From Candidatus Thorarchaeota archaeon (GTDB lineage Archaea; Asgardarchaeota; Thorarchaeia; Thorarchaeales; Thorarchaeaceae): a stretch of 64,000 nt of DNA. The notes beneath the pieces were generated by a model that was not told the origin of the DNA, searched no databases, and worked only from the letters and a program-made list of their open reading frames with translations. The stretch lies in contig JBHLQH010000007.1 in the NCBI GenBank assembly GCA_048884965.1, positions 32,001-96,000 on the forward strand, given 5' to 3'. Shown here piece after piece: positions 51,167-60,574 of this stretch (positions are counted from its first letter, which is position 1; every line of letters starts with the position of its first letter). A program made the position numbers and the translations under genes.

Positions 51167-52378
51167 TCAAAGTAGATCTTTGCTAATCGTTCCTAATGTA
51201 TCAAATAGCAAATCAATCTCTTCTACAGAATTGTACAAGCCATATGATGTTTGAATGATTCCTTCGAAAGATGCTCTCTTCACAAGGGGGTGAGCACATA
51301 GTAGACCACTTCTTGTTGCAATATGCGATTCATCAAGAAAAAGTGAGATATCATGGCAGCTTATCATAGCGTCATCTCCTAGATTGAATCCGAATATGGT
51401 GGATAATTCATCAGGATGACCAAAAAGATTCAGATTCTCTATTTCATTCGCTCTTCTGAGCGTATGGACTGCGAGTTCTTTGAAGTGTGATTGAATTTTC
51501 GTCATGTCAATGCTTGATAGATAGGCAATTGCAGCACTGAGACCTGCAATTGCAGGAACGTTCAGAACATCCGATTCGAATTTATCGGGTTGTAATGCGA
51601 TTTCATACTCTGTTAGACTCACATTGGAAACACTGGATCCTCCAAGAATACCGGGAATATGTTGGGCTCCAAGTGATTCTTCTATCCATTGAATAGCTAA
51701 TCCTGGAGGAGCCATGAAGGACGTGTTCGCAGAAGTAACAATCAAGTCAGGTCCTGATTTGACTAGGGAACGAATGTCATAACCGAATGATCGACTCACA
51801 TCTGAGAGTAGCATTCCATCATACTCATGTACTTGGTTAGATATGGCACGAAGAGGATTTCTAATTCCCCAACCAATGGTAGTTGATCCAACAGCAACAA
51901 TCCCTACTCTTTTGGTTAGTAGGTTTTCAAGAGAACCAAGGTCTAAGACACCTTGATCGTCAATGGGAATAGGTTTTATTTCCAAATTGAGTAGTTGTGA
52001 TACTCTTTGTAGTGCTACCAAGATAGAATGTTCCTCACTTGCAGCAACAAGAATAGTATCTTTTCCTTTCTTTTTCCAATCATAACCGAGGGCGAATGAT
52101 GCAACTGAAGATGTGATAGATTTTTGAAAGGAAATCTGGGGATGATCTACAGACATGAATCCAGCTAGCTTTTTTCTGGTTTCTTCAACAATGGATCCGC
52201 CTCGAATAGCTAGCATATGCGCACCCCTCCGAGAAGAAGAAACTGTTTCTGAGAGAAATTCCATTACTGCATCAATTGCTACTTGGGGAATCAAAGTAGT
52301 ACTGGCAGAGTCAAAGTATACCAAGCTTGGATTCTTTGTGAGAACTGGAAAGTGAGAGCGCAATTTCAAGGCTGACAT
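51167..52378 (-). CDS. SufS/class V aminotransferase-like protein (degenerate PLP site)
   Basis: FPVL...VYFDSASTT, EEHS, GG, FE, RSGLLCAHP; SGHK replaced by SANT. Confidence 0.8.
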   Translation of the reverse strand: MSALKLRSHFPVLTKNPSLVYFDSASTTLIPQVAIDAVMEFLSETVSSSRRGAHMLAIRGGSIVEETRKKLAGFMSVDHPQISFQKSITSSVASFALGYDWKKKGKDTILVAASEEHSILVALQRVSQLLNLEIKPIPIDDQGVLDLGSLENLLTKRVGIVAVGSTTIGWGIRNPLRAISNQVHEYDGMLLSDVSRSFGYDIRSLVKSGPDLIVTSANTSFMAPPGLAIQWIEESLGAQHIPGILGGSSVSNVSLTEYEIALQPDKFESDVLNVPAIAGLSAAIAYLSSIDMTKIQSHFKELAVHTLRRANEIENLNLFGHPDELSTIFGFNLGDDAMISCHDISLFLDESHIATRSGLLCAHPLVKRASFEGIIQTSYGLYNSVEEIDLLFDTLGTISKDLL

Positions 52379-52412
52379 ATTTCTTTTTGGTCAATGAAGG
52401 CCTTTAATTGTA

Positions 52413-53441
52413 GTGTTGTCACTAAGGAATCTAATGGATTCAGTTTGTGAAGGTTACTTCTTGGTAACAGAAGAAGGCCTAATCTTTGAAATAAAGGGTA
52501 GTGTACATCCTGATGATCGATACATAGCATACCTAAGGTATGTGCCAGACAAGCGTGGAACAAGAAAATCCGACGCTGACAAGGGATACACAAAAATCTA
52601 CGACATTGAGAAACGAAGAATATTTCTCAGAAGGAATTTCCCGCAATACCTTTGGTTTGATCAATATAGCAATCGACAGATGCAAGCTGTGCCTCATGAG
52701 AAGATTGACTTTATTCTGAATCCAGTGGATGCCCTCAGACATATGCGTGATAAGGGTAAACATGTCCTTGACCTGGAAAAAAGCACGACTAGCTTGGTTG
52801 ATGCTCTATTGGATGTATCTAAAATTCAAGAATCATGCATTGGTGTGACTGGTTCTCAGCTTGTAGGACTTTCTGGTCCGACTTCTGATATCGATTTAGT
52901 GGTATATGGAGAGAAAAGTTGTAAGCAACTGTATCATTCATTGGAGAGAGATTGGGAATCGATCTCGGGACTGAGAAGGTATGAGAACCATCTCTTGGAA
53001 AAGCATGTAAGGTTCAGGTGGGGAACGGATAATCGCTCTTTTGCCTGGCTTCAAAAAAGGGAACAATCAAAACTCCTACAAGGATTGTATGAGAACTTTG
53101 AATTCTTCATAAGATTGGTCAAGTATCCACACGAAGTCGGATGGAAGTACGGTGAACGTACTCACTCTTTTATCAAAAAAGAAATCGTCGTTGAGGGAAT
53201 CATTACTGATGATTCACAAGGAATTTTTACGCCATGTGAATACACTATCTCTTGTGAAGAGCACCCGAGCTTGAAAAGAGTAATCAGCTTCAGAGGTCGC
53301 TTTACAGAACATGTAGACAAGGGAATGCTAGTTCGAGCACATGGAAGATTGGAATCTGTAAGCAGCGTGAAGGAAGGCATAACATCTCAATATCTTATTC
53401 TGGGGGAGAGCGCGAAAGACTTTCTTATTCCAGTTGAATGA
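52413..53441 (+). CDS. Pol-beta-superfamily nucleotidyltransferase (COG1665-like)
   Basis: VHP...AYLRYVP, GVTGS.L.G....SDIDLVVYG, SFRGRF. Confidence 0.8.
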   Translation: MLSLRNLMDSVCEGYFLVTEEGLIFEIKGSVHPDDRYIAYLRYVPDKRGTRKSDADKGYTKIYDIEKRRIFLRRNFPQYLWFDQYSNRQMQAVPHEKIDFILNPVDALRHMRDKGKHVLDLEKSTTSLVDALLDVSKIQESCIGVTGSQLVGLSGPTSDIDLVVYGEKSCKQLYHSLERDWESISGLRRYENHLLEKHVRFRWGTDNRSFAWLQKREQSKLLQGLYENFEFFIRLVKYPHEVGWKYGERTHSFIKKEIVVEGIITDDSQGIFTPCEYTISCEEHPSLKRVISFRGRFTEHVDKGMLVRAHGRLESVSSVKEGITSQYLILGESAKDFLIPVE

Positions 53442-53482
53442 TGTGATTCGATCTTGTTCACATGAGATACATATCAACACAC

Positions 53483-53897
53483 ATTCACAGTACAGATTGT
53501 GAATGGCGCCTTTTTTGTGAATGCCAATATCAAATAAGCGATGATAGCACTCTTTTTCTAATCAATCAGTTTTCATATACTCGCTATTGCTTGTGAATAA
53601 GGACACCCCTTCGTTTCCACTGGAAAGCAGTAACTAGGGTTTTGATGGGTTGAGGAATGTATTCACAATTACCATAGTTTAGTGAATATTGAAGTAAATG
53701 GACAAAACGCTTAAATCTTCAAAATAAGCATTCATAAGTCCGATAAACGACGGCAGCTTCCTCACATAGTCTCAACACAGAATATCCAGTACGGATGAGT
53801 CCGGAATAGCTATGTACGCAATATCTTCCACTTACTGGGATATGTGTGATTCACATACTCACACTTATTTGGATTGCAGAGGAATACTGCTGTGAAT
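53483..53897. repeat. Cluster of seven TGTGAAT/ATTCACA heptamers
   Basis: Copies at 53483, 53498, 53516, 53592, 53661, 53849, 53891 in both orientations, plus a variant at 53681. Confidence 0.6.
53606..53625 (-). promoter_or_regulatory. Origin recognition box (ORB) TTCCAGTGGAAACGAAGGGG
   Basis: Matches the archaeal ORB pattern with G-string; 19/20 identical to 57714-57733. Confidence 0.8.
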
Positions 53898-53916
53898 GGA
53901 TAATCTATTGGAATGA

Positions 53917-54552
53917 ATGATCATGTCTGAGAATGGAAGAACAAATTACCTGTACGGATTTACGTACAACTCATCTCCAAAGACCAAGGAGATTTTCCAA
54001 TGTAGATATGTTCTTCCTGATGAGGCTTTGAAACGTTTCAGAAAGATGCTTTCACTGGCCGAGTCACCTTTTGATTTTAAAATAATAGTTTCTGATGAGG
54101 TCACTGGCGAGGAATCAAGCTTTCAAGTTAAAGGTAGCAGCATTGAAGAAATGTTTGAGAAGTTCAAAGTCTTCCTTGAGGCAAGTACGGGTTATACATT
54201 TGCAACAAAAACTATGGATACTCCTGAACATGAAGTTGAGGACTCAAACTATGAGTCAATGAGTAACTATGAGAAACTCCAGATGATTATCTATGCATCA
54301 TTCAAACATGGAAAGTTCTCCTCTCTTGATGTGACAGAGATCTATCAAGATACATTTGAGGAAGACCTACCAAAAAGCACAGCCTCAACCTATCTTGCCA
54401 GAATGTGGAACGATGGAAAGGGACATCTTGAAAGACTTGGAAATCGCTCAGGGTATATGTATCGCCTCAAGACTGAGATTGAAGAAGTTCAAAAAGAAAT
54501 AGAACGTGCCGAGAACGTCCTTTCATCAATCCAAGTCAGAGTTGGCAAATGA
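53917..54552 (+). CDS. Winged-helix domain protein of unknown function
   Basis: C-terminal FSS.DV..IY......L..ST.STYLARM...L.R.G.....YRL wHTH pattern. Confidence 0.7.
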   Translation: MIMSENGRTNYLYGFTYNSSPKTKEIFQCRYVLPDEALKRFRKMLSLAESPFDFKIIVSDEVTGEESSFQVKGSSIEEMFEKFKVFLEASTGYTFATKTMDTPEHEVEDSNYESMSNYEKLQMIIYASFKHGKFSSLDVTEIYQDTFEEDLPKSTASTYLARMWNDGKGHLERLGNRSGYMYRLKTEIEEVQKEIERAENVLSSIQVRVGK

Positions 54553-54576
54553 TCAGAGTTTCTCGGCAGATAGATC

Positions 54577-55905
54577 CTATAGTAGAGTCACACCTTCGTC
54601 AAGAGATATGCCAAGAGTTTCTAGCTCCTCTAGAATAGGATTATAGATTTCAGGGATAATTGGACGGTGTACACCTACAAGGTTGATTGTTCCATCAAGT
54701 ATCATCCTACTTGCAATAGCAACTGGAAGCGCCACAGTACGAGACATCGAACTATCTTCATGTGGAATACCATAGTCTACCAGAGTTGACGTGGTCTTTT
54801 CTTTTCTGTCAGGGTATTTTGCGATGAATTCATGATGCATAACAATCATATCACGCTCTCCAGGAGCATACTGGAGCTTCTCCTCGAATAAGTGACATAG
54901 TGCATCTAGATAAGTGGTGATATCCTTTGGAATTCCTCTCTCTGAGAAGAGGCCTAGCCATTCAAAACGGCCGATTATTGGACTACTTTGGTCGAGCCCA
55001 AGATGTGTGGCAACTGCCCTCATTATATCTTCATCACTGGATGAGATGAGATTTCGCAATATTTGTGCAAATGTCACACCGGTCAAATCACGTTCTTCAA
55101 TATCCAGTAGACCAAGCTCGGCTATCTTCTTCATCGTTCCACACCAACCTATGTTTCGGAACGTTCCACGAAGCATGGTCTTAGTTTCTTTGATGTTATA
55201 GATATCAATGTAAGAAAGACTATCACGATTTGGGTATCCCTCGAACTTGCCCATCCCTGGAACTTCCATAATCTCACAATTATCAAATAGAACGGCGCCA
55301 GGAATAGTGATCTGCTTTCCGTCTCTAAGAAATTGAGCGTCATTTCTGCCAGCTAAAAGAACTCCACGAGGGCTCCAAGATAGTTTGTAGCCAAAGGGAT
55401 TGTTGTTTGCATCAGGAGCAGGTAGTCCTCCTGTGAAAGATGTGAAACTAACAAGCTCGCCACCTTCATTATGGATGTGATCAATGATTTTCATGGCACT
55501 CATATGGTCAATGCCTGGATCAACACCACATTCATTCAAAATCAGAATTCCTGCCTCCTTTGCATCTTTGTCCAGAGCTTGCATTTCCTTCGAAATATAG
55601 GAAGTCGTACAGAAATGCTTCTTGTGTCTAATAGCTACCTTAGCAGCTTTAACATGAAAGGTGTAAGGAAGTAAAGAGCAAATGAGATCGACATTCTCTG
55701 TTAGCTCTTCGAGCAATTGGTCGTCTTTTGCTATATTGAAAGCTATCGCTTCAGCATTTTCGCAACCTTCGATAAGATGTTCGGCCTTCTGTTTTGTTCG
55801 ACTAGCCACTATGACATGGAAGCCGTGTTTGCATAGGTATTGGATGTAGGGACGAGCGACAAGACCCGCACCTAGACATAGCACTTTCTTCATTGTTGGT
55901 TTCAC
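54577..55905 (-). CDS. Saccharopine dehydrogenase (glutamate-forming, Lys9/AASS-SDH-like)
   Basis: LGAGLV, SLLPY, TTSY, NECGVDPGIDHM, GGLP, YKLSWSPRG, YPNRDS; probable start ATG 55893. Confidence 0.93.
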   Translation of the reverse strand: MKPTMKKVLCLGAGLVARPYIQYLCKHGFHVIVASRTKQKAEHLIEGCENAEAIAFNIAKDDQLLEELTENVDLICSLLPYTFHVKAAKVAIRHKKHFCTTSYISKEMQALDKDAKEAGILILNECGVDPGIDHMSAMKIIDHIHNEGGELVSFTSFTGGLPAPDANNNPFGYKLSWSPRGVLLAGRNDAQFLRDGKQITIPGAVLFDNCEIMEVPGMGKFEGYPNRDSLSYIDIYNIKETKTMLRGTFRNIGWCGTMKKIAELGLLDIEERDLTGVTFAQILRNLISSSDEDIMRAVATHLGLDQSSPIIGRFEWLGLFSERGIPKDITTYLDALCHLFEEKLQYAPGERDMIVMHHEFIAKYPDRKEKTTSTLVDYGIPHEDSSMSRTVALPVAIASRMILDGTINLVGVHRPIIPEIYNPILEELETLGISLDEGVTLL

Positions 55906-57225
55906 CTACATAGATAGAAATTCTTGAAGATACTCGTAGCTCTTCGTAAGTTTTCCTTGGTATACAATTATGGCATCTAACAGTTCACGGGGCAGATTCA
56001 GATTCTCAAATGGCACTTCAAAATCGGCTTTGGCCAAGGATGGAATGAAGCTTCGTAATGTTTCGCTGAATGATGAAGATGCTTCTCTTGGTAGCTCGCA
56101 TGGGAGATTATCAACAGCCATTATCACTGGACCATCGCCTGTGACGCCTAGCTCTGCAGAGTCATGTTCGATAATATAGGTAAATGCTGGATTATCGGGC
56201 TTTGTACATTTTAGTGTGAATTCAATAGATCCCTCGATATCACAAGAGATATCGCCAATTGCACGAAGTCTGCGATTCTCACTACTCCAGTGACGTTTCA
56301 TGAAGTCTTTTGTTATTAGGCGTGGATACTTCTTCGTCCAATAGATACAGTTCATAATAATTGTGAGGTAAGGAATGTATCGCTCAAAGTCACTTTTGTA
56401 TTTCTTCGATCCATTAGCATAATAATCTTGCAAATCGAAAGTATGCTCAGTATCGATGGGCTTTACCATATGTTCTTCCTTGAATATGCATTTGTAGATT
56501 ACATTGTTCTTCGAAGGCAGATCATGAAGATGCTCTGGTTCAACTGTTTCATGAGGCAGAATATCAAAGAGTTCTTGAGCACCCTTTGAAACATTACCAT
56601 ATCCTGCAAAACCGACAACCAATGGAGATAGCTCATCAGGCAAGCCTTGAGAGCTAATTCGCTCTCCTAACGCTCGAATTTCCTCTTTCAGTTCCTCAAG
56701 AGTCTTTATCTCAAGTGTGGATCGCATCCCCTCAAATGGGTTTGGTGAAATGCCTTCATGTGTGAGCCTTTCACCAAAGACACGCAATGTGTCAGACATG
56801 CCCGCGAGACCGGCCCAATTTCCAAAGTAGATCAATCTGCGTCCCTTTTCATCGACTACTTTCTCATAGTCAATCAGAGTGGCACCAGTATCCATTATTC
56901 TTTTCAGCATAGGCATGTTATACTTCTGACCTTTGACGGTATGGCTGAAAAAGACGTAGACCTTTGAGGGCTCAAAGAAATCGATTGGCATCTCCTTGAT
57001 ACCTAGAACTACTTTTGCGTCACTTCCTTTGAGTGGAAAGACTTCTGCCTTCGATGGTTTATACTCATCTGGTGAAAAGGCGCGTTGATTGCTAGGCTCA
57101 ACAATGAACTTAATTCCGTGTTCCTGATTTAGAACAACAGCATGATCGGGTGTTATGGCAACACGAGTTTCAAAGGCTTTCTCCTCTTTGCGAAGTCCAA
57201 TTTTATTCATAGGGAGCTCCTCCAA
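55906..57225 (-). CDS. Lysine-ketoglutarate reductase (AASS-LKR-like, AlaDH/PNT fold)
   Basis: E.R....P, GIKE, FFSHTVKGQ.YNM, LIDYE, G.GNVSKGA, DISCD, AVDNLP.ELPRE. Confidence 0.9.
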   Translation of the reverse strand: MEELPMNKIGLRKEEKAFETRVAITPDHAVVLNQEHGIKFIVEPSNQRAFSPDEYKPSKAEVFPLKGSDAKVVLGIKEMPIDFFEPSKVYVFFSHTVKGQKYNMPMLKRIMDTGATLIDYEKVVDEKGRRLIYFGNWAGLAGMSDTLRVFGERLTHEGISPNPFEGMRSTLEIKTLEELKEEIRALGERISSQGLPDELSPLVVGFAGYGNVSKGAQELFDILPHETVEPEHLHDLPSKNNVIYKCIFKEEHMVKPIDTEHTFDLQDYYANGSKKYKSDFERYIPYLTIIMNCIYWTKKYPRLITKDFMKRHWSSENRRLRAIGDISCDIEGSIEFTLKCTKPDNPAFTYIIEHDSAELGVTGDGPVIMAVDNLPCELPREASSSFSETLRSFIPSLAKADFEVPFENLNLPRELLDAIIVYQGKLTKSYEYLQEFLSM

Positions 57226-57339
57226 GACCTGTTCAGGGACGAGCCGAGAGCAAATCTACCTACGCTTTAAGCTTTCCATTGTGACCCTCTGTATTACACA
57301 TAGTAAAATTCGGAACATGTGTTCTACCATACGATTACT

Positions 57340-57636
57340 ATGTCGATAATTCTATACCTGTATGATTTTCGACAAGCTCGTCAATCCAATGCCAGACGGG
57401 TGTCATTCACCAAAGAGCTTTATGGGTTCACTTACAGCTGGAAAACGAAATCAGGAGTGAAGCAAAAAAGAAAACCAGGTATTCTAGAGGAATGCCCAGG
57501 TACAGAGGCAGTAGCAGATTCAGCAATTCTGGTCCCTGTGGATCACAAAGGAATATTTGACATGTTATTCAAAGAATACGAGGATATTATGAATCTTCGA
57601 ATCTTTGAGATTGAAAAAGAGATAGATGATATTTAG
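57340..57636 (+). CDS. Small hypothetical protein, possible Cas2/VapD-like ferredoxin fold
   Basis: ILYLYD...RR..F...LYG...DSAILV pattern; ATG 57340. Confidence 0.6.
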   Translation: MSIILYLYDFRQARQSNARRVSFTKELYGFTYSWKTKSGVKQKRKPGILEECPGTEAVADSAILVPVDHKGIFDMLFKEYEDIMNLRIFEIEKEIDDI

Positions 57637-57906
57637 AACACGTGTTCCAATTTGCACTTTCTAAATGCATAAAGTAGACAGAACTAAGACCACGTGTTCT
57701 AAAATATGACAAACCCCTTCATTTCCACTGGAAGATCGGCAAAATCTTGTTTACTAAATTATGCAAAAGTATTTATATAGATTTATGAAGCCTGTCTTTA
57801 TCTCCATTTTTATTATTATTATAGATAGACGCCCGATCACACACCATTTTTCTAAGTTCCAGTGGAAATAATGGGGGGGTATTATCACCTAGAACACGTG
57901 TTCCAA
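57634..57906. other. Candidate chromosomal replication origin (oriC)
   Basis: Inverted ORBs at 57714-57733 (-) and 57856-57879 (+) flank a 122-bp AT-rich spacer; GAACACGTGTTC-type palindromes at 57634, 57688, 57890. Confidence 0.82.
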
Positions 57907-58039
57907 CAGATACGTAACGTATGGCATGGTAATACAACTATTACTATTGGGATTAAGAATTTGTTACAACCACAAGACTGATAGTCTATATTATTGCTCG
58001 ACGAGCTTGTCAGATAATGGCGCTAAGGAGGATCTTCGC

Positions 58040-59929
58040 TTGACAAAACCAAAAGAACTGCTTGAAGATGCACCTGGCAAGAATGTACTTCTTCTTGCTA
58101 ATGAGGCAATAGCAAGAGGCGTTCTAGAAGCGGGTGTACGCCTAGTCGCACTCTATCCTGGAACCCCAAGTAGCGAGATTGGCAATAATCTTACTTTTAT
58201 GGCACCTGAGATTCCAAATTTCTATTTTGAATTTAGTACGAATGAGAAGGTTGCACTTGAAGTAGCTGGGGCGGCAGCAGTTGCTGGCGTTCGTTCAATG
58301 ATGGTATGCAAAGGTCCTGGATTGAATGTCGCAGCGGATCCTTTCTTCTCTTTGGCCTATGTAGGTGTGAGAGGAGGTATGGTTATCGTAGTTGCTGATG
58401 ATCCAAGTATGTGGAGCTCCCAGAACGAGAATGATAGTCGTTACTACGCACTCATGGGTAATATGCCAATGATGGAACCAGCAGATCCTGCAGAAGCCAA
58501 AGCTATGTTGCTGGAAGCATTCGAGTTCTCTGAAAAAATCGAGCTTCCTGTCCTCTTCAGAACTACGACAAGAGTAAACCATACAAGAGCTCCTGTAGAG
58601 TTTGGACCGATCAAAGAACGACCTGATAAAATAGTGTTCGAAAAGGACCCATTCAGATTCGTGCCTATCCCCTCAGTTGCTAGAAAACGTCATCCCTTGC
58701 TACTTGAGCAGATCGAAAAGGCGCGTGCTCTTTCTGAGAACAGTCCTCTCAATTTCACTGAAGGGAAAGGCGATATGGGTATCATCACGAGCGGTGTATC
58801 ATACAACTATGTCGTCGAAGCAGTAAATCACCTTGAAATGAATGCAGAGCTCCTCAAGCTAGGCATTACTCATCCTCTACCTGAAAAAATGATTATTGAC
58901 TTTCTTAATCGGCATAAACAGGTAGTCATTGTAGAGGAATTGGAACCCTTCCTCGAAACACATGCGAGACGGTTAGCACAGCTTCATGGAATCCAAGTCG
59001 AGATTCTTGGAAAGGAGCAAGGTTTCTTCTCAAAGACCCTCGAGTACAGTCCAAGAATTGTAGTTGAGGCATTGTGCAAGATTAATAATCGTAATACATG
59101 TATCAACTGGGATGAAATTGATGAACGCAAGAATAGCCTTCTAGAGCTTCCCCCGAGACCTCCTTTACTCTGCGCCGGATGTCCTCACAGAGCAAGCTAC
59201 TTCGCAATAAGAACGGCAACACGTGGAAAAGCAATCTATCCCTCTGATATTGGTTGTTACACATTGAGCATTGCTCCACCCCTTGAAACGGCAGACATCC
59301 TCTTCGATATGGGATCCTCGATTACTACTGCATGTGGCCTTGCTCAAGTCACTGACCAAGATGTTGTAGCATCAGTTGGTGATAGCACCTTCTTTGCATC
59401 CGCACTTCCAGGATTGGTAAATGCTGTATACAATAGACACCCCGTATCGCTTGTTGTACTAGACAATCGTACTACAGCTATGACTGGACATCAACCTCAC
59501 CCCGGTACAGGCATTACGGGAATGCAGGAGCAAGTACCACCACTGGATATCGAGGAAGTGTCCCGTGGACTTGGTGTCAAGTATGTAAAGACAATAAATC
59601 CATTTGATTCAATCGCAGGACTTGTGACCGAAGTTCGAGAGATGGTCAAGTGGGCCAAGGAGAACAAAGCACCGGCAGTACTAGTATCAAAAGCTCCATG
59701 TGCACTTCTTACTGCTGCTGATCGTCATCGAAGCGGTGACTTTCCTCCAAAATATTATGTTGATTCTGAAGTATGCAATGCATGCAAGCGTTGTCTGAAC
59801 AAGTTATCCTGTCCAGCTATGTATGAGGATCCAGATACTGGGAAAGCTGTGATTGATGAAACACTTTGTAATCTATGTGGTACTTGTGTTTCAGTTTGTC
59901 CCCAAGGTGCAATCAAACAGGAGGAATGA
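58040..59929 (+). CDS. iorA: Indolepyruvate:ferredoxin oxidoreductase alpha subunit
   Basis: NEAIARG, YPGTPSSE, NEKVALE, LCAGCPHR, DIGCY, GDSTF, AMTGHQPHP, ferredoxin tail; TTG 58040 after AGGAGG. Confidence 0.96.
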   Translation: MTKPKELLEDAPGKNVLLLANEAIARGVLEAGVRLVALYPGTPSSEIGNNLTFMAPEIPNFYFEFSTNEKVALEVAGAAAVAGVRSMMVCKGPGLNVAADPFFSLAYVGVRGGMVIVVADDPSMWSSQNENDSRYYALMGNMPMMEPADPAEAKAMLLEAFEFSEKIELPVLFRTTTRVNHTRAPVEFGPIKERPDKIVFEKDPFRFVPIPSVARKRHPLLLEQIEKARALSENSPLNFTEGKGDMGIITSGVSYNYVVEAVNHLEMNAELLKLGITHPLPEKMIIDFLNRHKQVVIVEELEPFLETHARRLAQLHGIQVEILGKEQGFFSKTLEYSPRIVVEALCKINNRNTCINWDEIDERKNSLLELPPRPPLLCAGCPHRASYFAIRTATRGKAIYPSDIGCYTLSIAPPLETADILFDMGSSITTACGLAQVTDQDVVASVGDSTFFASALPGLVNAVYNRHPVSLVVLDNRTTAMTGHQPHPGTGITGMQEQVPPLDIEEVSRGLGVKYVKTINPFDSIAGLVTEVREMVKWAKENKAPAVLVSKAPCALLTAADRHRSGDFPPKYYVDSEVCNACKRCLNKLSCPAMYEDPDTGKAVIDETLCNLCGTCVSVCPQGAIKQEE

Positions 59930-59932
59930 GGA

Positions 59933-60550
59933 ATGGATAGTATTACAAATAATACAGACATCACTAACATCGTGATATCAGGTGTTGGAGGTCAGGGCGT
60001 TCTCACCCTTGCAGAGATCCTTGCTAAGGCAGCCCTAGCCGAGTCACTTAATGTACGCGTTGGCGAGATTCATGGTATGGCACAACGCGGGGGACATGTG
60101 GTGTGTACAGTACGAATCGGAGATGGCGTAAAAGGACCAATAATCGATGAAGGAGATGCGCAGCTGGTAGTAGGGTTTGAACCGATTGAAACCTTGAGAG
60201 AAGTGCAATTTATCCGGACCAATGGTATGATCATAATGAACAGCCATGTGCAATATCCAGTTGCTGTTTCAATGGGAAAGGCTGAATATCCAGAACATAG
60301 TGAAATTCTCGAAGGACTGAAGAAGTTCACCTCTAACATCGTCGAGTTCGATGCCAGAAAGTTTGCTATGCAAGCAGGCAGTAGTAGATCAATGAATATA
60401 GTTATGTTAGGGGCTATCATTGGCAGTGGACTAGTACCTATCAAGAAGGATACGGCAATAGAAGTCGTACGAAATGCATTTCCAGGAAAGTTCGCCGATG
60501 CAAACATCAAGGCATTCGAACTTGGATATGAAGCTGCGAAAGCCAACTAG
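59933..60550 (+). CDS. iorB: Indolepyruvate:ferredoxin oxidoreductase beta subunit
   Basis: GVGGQG, EIHGMAQRGG, N..AF..G; follows iorA. Confidence 0.95.
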   Translation: MDSITNNTDITNIVISGVGGQGVLTLAEILAKAALAESLNVRVGEIHGMAQRGGHVVCTVRIGDGVKGPIIDEGDAQLVVGFEPIETLREVQFIRTNGMIIMNSHVQYPVAVSMGKAEYPEHSEILEGLKKFTSNIVEFDARKFAMQAGSSRSMNIVMLGAIIGSGLVPIKKDTAIEVVRNAFPGKFADANIKAFELGYEAAKAN

Positions 60551-60574
60551 ATTGTATTACTACTATTACAGTAT

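Noticed and set aside
57340-57906. CRISPR array beside the Cas2-like gene
   Set aside because: Palindromes are short and irregularly spaced, with no repeat-spacer periodicity and no other cas genes
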